DNA of 64,000 nt, taken from contig CBDBHH010000005.1 of assembly GCA_965205535.1 (NCBI GenBank), forward strand, positions 2,140,672 through 2,204,671. The letters are read 5' to 3'. Below the pieces are notes generated by a model. The model saw nothing but the letters and a program-made list of their open reading frames with translations, was not told where the DNA came from and did not search any database. The translations under genes were made by a program, and so were the position numbers. The stretch is from Alphaproteobacteria bacterium. Lineage in GTDB: Bacteria; Pseudomonadota; Alphaproteobacteria; UBA6615. This document shows positions 57,975 through 64,000 of the stretch, one piece after another; position 1 is the first letter of the stretch, and every line of letters begins with the position of its first letter.

Positions 57975-59396
57975 ATGCGAACCACACGACATTACCTCTC
58001 CGGACTGATCCTGCTGACGGTCATGACCATCTCCGCGGGAGATGCCCTGGCCCAACGCGCTACTCCCGACAATCGCGACCAGGTCATGTTGTCCTTCGCC
58101 CCGCTCGTCCGGGAAGCGAGCCCGGCAGTGGTGAATGTATTCACCCGCAAGGCCGTGCGAAGCCGTGGGCCGGCCTCGCCGTTGTTCAACGATCCCTTCT
58201 TCCGCAGGTTCTTTGGCGACGCTTTGGGGAATGCACAGCCACGCGAGCGCGTCGAGAATTCGTTGGGGTCAGGTGTGATTGTTCGCCCCGACGGCCTGAT
58301 CGTGACCAATTTTCATGTTATCGAAGGCGCCGACAGCATCACTGTGGTCCTGTCGGACCGGCGGGAGTTTGAAGCGACGATCCTGCGTGAGGATGCGCGT
58401 ACGGACCTGGCGATCCTGAAGATCGATGCCGCAGAGGAAGTTTTGCCGAGCATCGCGTTGAGCGACAGCGACGAGCTGGAGGTTGGGGATCTCGTGCTTG
58501 CGATCGGCAACCCGTTCGGGGTCGGCAAAACCGTCACCAGCGGGATCGTATCGGGACTCGCACGTACCCAGGTTGGTATTTCCGACTTCAATTTTTTCAT
58601 TCAGACGGACGCGGCCATCAACCCGGGCAATTCCGGCGGCGCGCTGCTGCGCATGGATGGCACGCTGGCCGGTATCAACACGGCGATTTTCTCACGCAGC
58701 GGCGGGAGCCAGGGAATCGGCTTTGCTATTCCCGCGAACATGGTTCGTACGGTCATTGACGGCGCGGCCGCTGGCGCGGCGTTGCGTCGCGCCTGGTTGG
58801 GCGCGTCGTTTGAGACCGTCACCGCCGATATCGCCGAGGCGATCGGATTGCCGCGCCCTGAGGGCGTGATCCTCTCGGGGGTACATGAACAGGGCCCTGC
58901 GCTGCGGGCCGGTTTGCAATCCGGTGACATCATCACCGCATTCAACGGCCAACCGGTTTTCGATACCGAAGGACTTCGTTTCCGTATCGCAACGGGAATC
59001 GTGGGCGACGAGGCGCAGCTTCTGGTGCGGCGACCACAATCGGAGCACGAAATTACACTTGTGCTTGAACATCCGCCCGAAGTCCCGCTGCGAGACGAGA
59101 TGATTCTCGAGGGTCGTCATCCGGTTGCTGGCGCGACCGTTGCCAATCTTTCACCGGCCGTTGCCGAGGAGATGGGCCGCGACCACTTTGAAGAAGGCGT
59201 TGTCGTCAGAGCCATCGCATCGGGAAGCCCGGCCCACCGATTGAGTTTTCAGGTTGGCGATGTGATTTTTGCGATCAACGAGACTGAGGTTAAGTCGGTT
59301 GTACAGGTTCGTGAGTTAACGGCGAGGCCGGCGCCACAATGGACCATTACCGTACGGCGCGACGGGCGGCTGTTTTCATTGACGGTCGCTGGATGA
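57975..59396 (+). CDS. degP: Periplasmic serine endoprotease, DegP/HtrA (Do) family with two PDZ domains
   Basis: Signal peptide, His-Asp-Ser triad context (VTNFHVI; DLAILKI; GNSGGALL), two PDZ-like C-terminal repeats. Confidence 0.9.
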   Translation: MRTTRHYLSGLILLTVMTISAGDALAQRATPDNRDQVMLSFAPLVREASPAVVNVFTRKAVRSRGPASPLFNDPFFRRFFGDALGNAQPRERVENSLGSGVIVRPDGLIVTNFHVIEGADSITVVLSDRREFEATILREDARTDLAILKIDAAEEVLPSIALSDSDELEVGDLVLAIGNPFGVGKTVTSGIVSGLARTQVGISDFNFFIQTDAAINPGNSGGALLRMDGTLAGINTAIFSRSGGSQGIGFAIPANMVRTVIDGAAAGAALRRAWLGASFETVTADIAEAIGLPRPEGVILSGVHEQGPALRAGLQSGDIITAFNGQPVFDTEGLRFRIATGIVGDEAQLLVRRPQSEHEITLVLEHPPEVPLRDEMILEGRHPVAGATVANLSPAVAEEMGRDHFEEGVVVRAIASGSPAHRLSFQVGDVIFAINETEVKSVVQVRELTARPAPQWTITVRRDGRLFSLTVAG

Positions 59397-60718
59397 GCGC
59401 GCCCGACAACCAGTCGGAAATGTTCGCGGGCCAGGCTCCGCGACCGCTGGCCGATCGGTTGCGGCCGGAAACCGTCAGCGACGTGGTCGGGCAGGGACAT
59501 TTGCTTGGGGCCGAGGGGCCGATTGGCCGGATGGTGGCGAATGATCGGCTGGCCAGCATGGTGCTGTGGGGCCCACCGGGCTGCGGCAAGACAACCATCG
59601 CCCGGCTGCTGGCGCTAGAGACAGACTTCACGTTCGAGCCGCTCTCCGCGGTCTTTTCCGGGGTTGCCGATCTGCGGAAGGTATTTGAGCGCGCGACCGC
59701 ACGACGCGCTGGTGGCCATGGTACGCTTTTGTTTATCGATGAGATTCATCGTTTCAACCGCGCCCAACAGGACGGGTTTCTCCCCTATGTCGAGGATGGA
59801 ACGGTCACGCTCATCGGTGCGACCACAGAAAATCCGTCATTCGAGATCAATGCCGCATTGCTGTCGCGATGCCAGGTTTATGTGCTGAACCGGCTCGACG
59901 AAGGGGCGCTGGAGGAACTGCTCACGCGCGCGGAAAATCTCGAAGGTCGGCGCCTTCCGGTCGATGAACAGGCGCGACTGGCGCTGAAGGCGATGGCCGA
60001 TGGGGACGGACGCTATCTGCTGAATTTAACGGAAGAATTGTTCGCGTTACGGCTGGACGATGAACTTGATACCGCACGATTGATCGAAACCGTTCAGAAG
60101 CGTGCGCCGCTTTACGACAAGAGCCAGGAAGGCCACTACAACCTGATCAGTGCGTTGCATAAATCCTTGCGGGGTTCCGACGTGGACGCGGCGTTGTACT
60201 GGCTGGCGCGAATGCTGGCCGGCGGGGAAGATCCACGCTTTGTCGCGCGTCGCCTTGCACGCGCTGCAATAGAGGATATCGGCCTGGCCGACCCACAGGC
60301 GTTGCCGCATGCCCTTGCGGCCTGGGAGGCCTATGAGCGCATCGGAAGCCCGGAGGGTGAGCTTGCCCTGGCGCAGTGTGTGATCTATCTGGCGAGCGCA
60401 CCGAAATCCAACGCGTCATACAAGGCGTATGGGTCGGCGATGCGCATGGCGCGAGACACCGGCTCACTGGCGCCGCCCAAGCATATCCTCAACGCCCCGA
60501 CAGGGCTCATGAAGGAGCTGGGATATGGCGACGGATATGCGTATGACCATGATGCCGAGGACGGATTTTCGGGTCAGGACTATTTTCCCGAAGGCATCGA
60601 ACGATCTCGGTTCTACAAACCCGTGGAACGTGGTTTTGAGCGCGAGATTGGCAAACGACTGGACTATTGGACGAAGCTGCGGGCAGAGCGTGCCGCGCAC
60701 GACGGGTCAGAGGAATAG
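59393..60718 (+). CDS. rarA: Replication-associated recombination protein A (RarA/MgsA AAA+ ATPase)
   Basis: Start MSAPDNQSEMF via ATGA overlap with degP. Walker A LWGPPGCGKTT, Walker B LFIDEIHRFN, MgsA C-terminal region. Confidence 0.92.
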   Translation: MSAPDNQSEMFAGQAPRPLADRLRPETVSDVVGQGHLLGAEGPIGRMVANDRLASMVLWGPPGCGKTTIARLLALETDFTFEPLSAVFSGVADLRKVFERATARRAGGHGTLLFIDEIHRFNRAQQDGFLPYVEDGTVTLIGATTENPSFEINAALLSRCQVYVLNRLDEGALEELLTRAENLEGRRLPVDEQARLALKAMADGDGRYLLNLTEELFALRLDDELDTARLIETVQKRAPLYDKSQEGHYNLISALHKSLRGSDVDAALYWLARMLAGGEDPRFVARRLARAAIEDIGLADPQALPHALAAWEAYERIGSPEGELALAQCVIYLASAPKSNASYKAYGSAMRMARDTGSLAPPKHILNAPTGLMKELGYGDGYAYDHDAEDGFSGQDYFPEGIERSRFYKPVERGFEREIGKRLDYWTKLRAERAAHDGSEE

Positions 60719-60758
60719 TGATGATGTTTCGCCCTGATACCCCGCAGCGGGGGGCGTC

Positions 60759-61139
60759 ATGAACATGCTTTTGGCTATCGCGTTTGGCGGTGCTGTCGGG
60801 GCGCTTGGCAGGCATTTCGTCAATGTTGGCTTCGCGACATGGATCGGACTTGGAATCCCCTGGGGAACGCTGACCGTCAATATCGCCGGGTCCTTTGCCA
60901 TGGGGGTCCTGGTTCATGTGATGGCCGCGACATGGACAGTCACACCCGAAATGCGCGCCTTGCTGACAGTTGGTGGGCTCGGGGCATTCACGACATTCTC
61001 AACATTCTCTCTCGACGCGATTGTTCTTTATGAGCGCGGCCAGGCGATGTTTGCCGCCGCATATGTGCTGGCGTCGGTTGTCGGGGCCATCGGTGCACTC
61101 TTCATCGGGTTGCGTCTGGCGCGGGTTGTGTTTGCATGA
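60759..61139 (+). CDS. crcB: Fluoride ion channel CrcB/FluC
   Basis: 126 aa, 4 TM. GGAVGALGRH... and WGTLTVNIAGSFAMG signature. Confidence 0.9.
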   Translation: MNMLLAIAFGGAVGALGRHFVNVGFATWIGLGIPWGTLTVNIAGSFAMGVLVHVMAATWTVTPEMRALLTVGGLGAFTTFSTFSLDAIVLYERGQAMFAAAYVLASVVGAIGALFIGLRLARVVFA

Positions 61140-62110
61140 CCCAGGGTGATCATTCAGCTGTGCGGCATGTCACGGTCCAGGCCGATGAGGGCGAAGTGCG
61201 GCTCGACCGTTGGTTCAAGCGGCACTACCCGGAGCTGTCATACGGCCAGGTGGCGAAATGGTTGCGTACCGGCCAGGTTCGGGTCGACGGTCATCGGGCA
61301 AAGCCGGGCCAGCGGGTGAGCCATGGACAGGAAATTCGCGTGCCGCCGATGTCGCCGACAGCCGCAGACGCGCCGCGCGCCGAGAAGGAACGTCCGCCGG
61401 TCGACCGGGCAGACGCCGCAGCGTTGCGAAAGTCCGTGATTTATCAGGACGAGTTCCTGATCGCCTTGAACAAGCCCGCGGGTCTGGCCGTGCAAGGGGG
61501 TTCGAAGACCCACCGTCACCTCGACGGCATGCTTGATGCGTTGCAGTTCGACGCCAAGGACCGCCCACGCCTCGTGCATCGCCTCGACAAGGATACCAGC
61601 GGGTTGTTGTTGCTCGCGCGTGACAGGCAGACGGCGTCGCGGCTGGCCGTAATGTTCCAGGGACGCGAAGTCGGGAAAACCTACTGGGCGCTGGTGGTCG
61701 GAATTCCCGACCATGAGTCCGGCTTGATTGACGTCCGGCTCGCCAAACGCGGTGGTGAGGGGAGCCAGCGTGTTGAATCGGTCGATGACGGGCAGGCGGC
61801 GGAAACCGAGTATCGGATCCTTGACCACGCCGCGCGGCGCATCGCATGGCTTGAGTTGCGGCCGCGTACCGGCCGAACACATCAGCTGAGGGCGCACTGC
61901 AAGGCCATGGGAACGCCGATCGTGGGTGACGGCAAGTATGGCGGGCGTGAAAGCGACATCGACGGATTGCCGCAGCGGTTGCACCTGCATGCGCGTGGCC
62001 TGACGCTGCCGCATCCGGCAAGCGGAGAGCGCCTCACTCTCGAAGCACCGCTGGACGGTGTGCTGGCGAAAAGCTGGGCATTTGTCGGGTTTGACGCGAA
62101 AGTGACGTGA
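61136..62110 (+). CDS. rluC: RluA-superfamily 23S rRNA pseudouridine synthase (RluC-like, N-terminal S4 domain)
   Basis: S4-like VRLDRWFKRHYPELSYGQVAKWLRTGQVRVDG and catalytic HRLDKDTSGLLLLAR. ATGA overlap with crcB. Confidence 0.85.
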   Translation: MTQGDHSAVRHVTVQADEGEVRLDRWFKRHYPELSYGQVAKWLRTGQVRVDGHRAKPGQRVSHGQEIRVPPMSPTAADAPRAEKERPPVDRADAAALRKSVIYQDEFLIALNKPAGLAVQGGSKTHRHLDGMLDALQFDAKDRPRLVHRLDKDTSGLLLLARDRQTASRLAVMFQGREVGKTYWALVVGIPDHESGLIDVRLAKRGGEGSQRVESVDDGQAAETEYRILDHAARRIAWLELRPRTGRTHQLRAHCKAMGTPIVGDGKYGGRESDIDGLPQRLHLHARGLTLPHPASGERLTLEAPLDGVLAKSWAFVGFDAKVT

Positions 62111-62223
62111 TCGCCAGATTATCACGGGCTTTGCGGGCAATTCATCTCGCACTCCCCAGGTGCCTGCGTTTAGGATTTGAGGCCGGTCGTGGGTGCCGGG
62201 AACTAGATAGGTAAGACAACCAG

Positions 62224-64000
62224 ATGCGCGTGCGCACTGTCTTCAAAGTTGTTCTTGTGGTTGCAATCACGCTGAGCGTGGCAATTGTCGCTGTGCTGTT
62301 CAATCTCGATCCCAATGATCACAAGGGCCGTATCGCTGCGTATGTAGAGCGTGAGACCGGACGCACTCTGGCGATCGAAGGGCCGATCGATCTGGAGTGG
62401 GGTCGGACAACGCGCGTCGCAGTGCGTGATGTCAGACTGTCCAACCCGACATGGGCGCGTTCGCCGGAGATGGCGCGCATTACGGAAATGGATGTCCGTT
62501 TCGAGTTGGTGCCGCTCCTGCGCGGGCGGATGGATATTGAAAGCCTGATACTGCGCGGTGCACAGCTGAATATCGAAACCAATTCAGATGGACGGAGCAG
62601 TTTTGAGTTCGGCGATCCTGATGCACGCCCGGGCGACGAATTCGGGGGGGATATTGGAATAGATCTCGAGATCGCAGAGCTCGAAGTCGAAGATGTCCGG
62701 TTTTCCTTCCTCGATGGCCCTGGCGGACCGGAAACGGTCGGAAAAATCGAGCACATCAAAGTGCTGCCGTCGGAGCCGGGCGCGCCCCTCGATATCGATA
62801 TCGCGGCCGACATGCGCATCGGTAAGGACACGGCCAGGGTAGACCTGGATGGCCGGATCGGATCATGGAATGACATCATCCGTGGCGATCGCGCGGTGCC
62901 GTTCGACCTTACCGGAGAGGCGTTGGGGCTGAATGTCGAAATCGACGGGGATGTACGGGGGCCGAACAACCCGTCCGGCTTCGACGTGAATGTCATGATC
63001 TCCGGCGATGCGTTTGCGACGATACAACCGTTCTTCGACACGCCGTTGCCACAGCTGGGTCACATATCCCTGTCGGCAAATATCAGCGGTGGGCAGCGTA
63101 ACCCCGTTGTCAAACTGGATGCCCTGGATGTCGCGAATATTCACGTGACAGGCACGACGGAGTTCGCACTTTCCGGTGACGGTGCCGATCATGATTTTGA
63201 CCTCAAGGCGGAGCTTCGTGATCAGGGGCTGGCCCCCATCGAACCGATGGCAAGAATATCTCTGGCCCAGATCGGTCCGGTGAAGGGGAGTATAAACATC
63301 ACCGGCAATCTCGATGCCATGCGCTTCGAACCCAACCGTGTGGCGGTCGCCGACAGTTTCCTGTCGGGTACGGTTACGGTGGGACCGGTCCTGGATGACC
63401 CCAAGGTATCCTATGACCTGATTTTGACGACGGATGGTCAGACGCTGGACGTCGTGAACCCGATTGCAGGCGTGACGCTGCCCGAGTTCGGGCCCATCAA
63501 GGGCGAAATTCGGGCGATTGGTGATCTCAACAAGGCGCGCGTGGAGACGACCGGTGTCGATGCCGGTGGAATTCACGGCACCGGACGCGTCGATCTCGCC
63601 AAACTTGAAGCCGACGAACCGATTGTCACGCTTGATCTCAAACTGTCGGCGAAAGACCAATCACTCGATCCCGTTCGCGCCATGTTGGGCGACGAGCTGG
63701 CAGATCTTGGGCCGGTCAACGGGGGCGTCGCCGTCACCGGGACATTGCCCGCGATGGCGCTCGCGCTTGACGGGTTCACCGTTGATAAAATTCAGTCCAA
63801 CGGCGATGTCACGCTCGATGTGAACGCCGATCAGCCTCTCAAGCATTATCGCCTCGACCTTGCGGGAACAGGGCAGGCGCTGGAGAGGTTTCAACCGCTT
63901 CTTGGCGTGGATTGGCCGCCGCTCGACCCGGTCGACCTGACGGCGTCGGTCGACGGCGATCTTGAGCGGGTAACCGTCGAGAAATTCACATTCCGGAGTG
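62224..64000 (+). CDS. AsmA-family outer-membrane biogenesis protein (N-terminal about 592 codons; continues beyond the window)
   Basis: My own translation from ATG 62224: MRVRTVFKVVLVVAITLSVAIVAVLFNLDPNDHKGRIAAYVERETGRTLAIEGPIDLEWG...MDVRFELVPLLRGRMDIESLILRGAQLNIE. The frame is open to nt 64000, which is why it is absent from the ORF track. Confidence 0.75.
   Translation, partial: MRVRTVFKVVLVVAITLSVAIVAVLFNLDPNDHKGRIAAYVERETGRTLAIEGPIDLEWGRTTRVAVRDVRLSNPTWARSPEMARITEMDVRFELVPLLRGRMDIESLILRGAQLNIETNSDGRSSFEFGDPDARPGDEFGGDIGIDLEIAELEVEDVRFSFLDGPGGPETVGKIEHIKVLPSEPGAPLDIDIAADMRIGKDTARVDLDGRIGSWNDIIRGDRAVPFDLTGEALGLNVEIDGDVRGPNNPSGFDVNVMISGDAFATIQPFFDTPLPQLGHISLSANISGGQRNPVVKLDALDVANIHVTGTTEFALSGDGADHDFDLKAELRDQGLAPIEPMARISLAQIGPVKGSINITGNLDAMRFEPNRVAVADSFLSGTVTVGPVLDDPKVSYDLILTTDGQTLDVVNPIAGVTLPEFGPIKGEIRAIGDLNKARVETTGVDAGGIHGTGRVDLAKLEADEPIVTLDLKLSAKDQSLDPVRAMLGDELADLGPVNGGVAVTGTLPAMALALDGFTVDKIQSNGDVTLDVNADQPLKHYRLDLAGTGQALERFQPLLGVDWPPLDPVDLTASVDGDLERVTVEKFTFRS

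Noticed and set aside
60700-60760. Possible fluoride riboswitch (crcB motif) upstream of crcB. AGUGAUGAUGUUUCGCC superficially resembles the GGCGAUGGUGUUCGCC 5' half of the motif.
   Set aside because: Only 40 nt separate the rarA stop from the crcB start. The conserved 3' half (…GCUGAUGA..CCUAC) and the pseudoknot partner are absent. What remains is a simple CCCCG-CAG-CGGGG hairpin. An Infernal scan with the Rfam crcB model would settle it.

Overview
This window looks like a GC-rich (about 60-70% in sampled lines) alphaproteobacterium-type chromosome segment; the lineage call is inferred from gene order. It has three parts.

(1) 1-7.8 kb: housekeeping and catabolic genes. These are two MDR oxidoreductases, a GcvA-like LysR gene carrying an in-frame TAG, two PF04909-type amidohydrolases, a ketopantoate-reductase-family gene, an alanine/glycine:cation symporter and a universal stress protein.

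(2) About 7.77-18.95 kb: an AT-richer island (about 37-55% GC in sampled lines) abutting the 3' end of a tRNA-Thr(UGU) gene. It has decayed mobility-gene remnants at both ends. Its core is one tightly packed co-directional five-gene block:
- type III-like Res helicase-nuclease;
- an orphan VapC-like PIN gene, coupled to Res by an ATGA overlap;
- a large beta-class DPPY DNA methyltransferase (Mod);
- a 303-aa two-domain protein with a TIR-like / nucleoside-2-deoxyribosyltransferase-like C-terminal domain;
- a 701-aa UvrD-like SF1 helicase with a RelE/ParE-like N-terminal module.

The last two genes match no defence system I recognise. They are my best candidate for an undescribed anti-phage module riding on the R-M operon.

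(3) 19-64 kb: conserved core genes.
- a second ketopantoate-reductase paralog;
- an MlaC/HpnM-like plus MMPL/HpnN-like pair;
- rlmB;
- tRNA-Tyr, tRNA-Gly, tuf, tRNA-Trp, secE, nusG, rplKAJL, rpoBC;
- rpsL, rpsG, fusA and a second tuf whose CDS appears nucleotide-identical to the first;
- the complete S10, spc and alpha ribosomal operons;
- degP-like protease, rarA, crcB, rluC and a partial asmA-family gene.

I saw no rRNA genes and no CRISPR array. All calls rest on reading the translations and motifs by eye. No database search was run, and several start codons are judgement calls.
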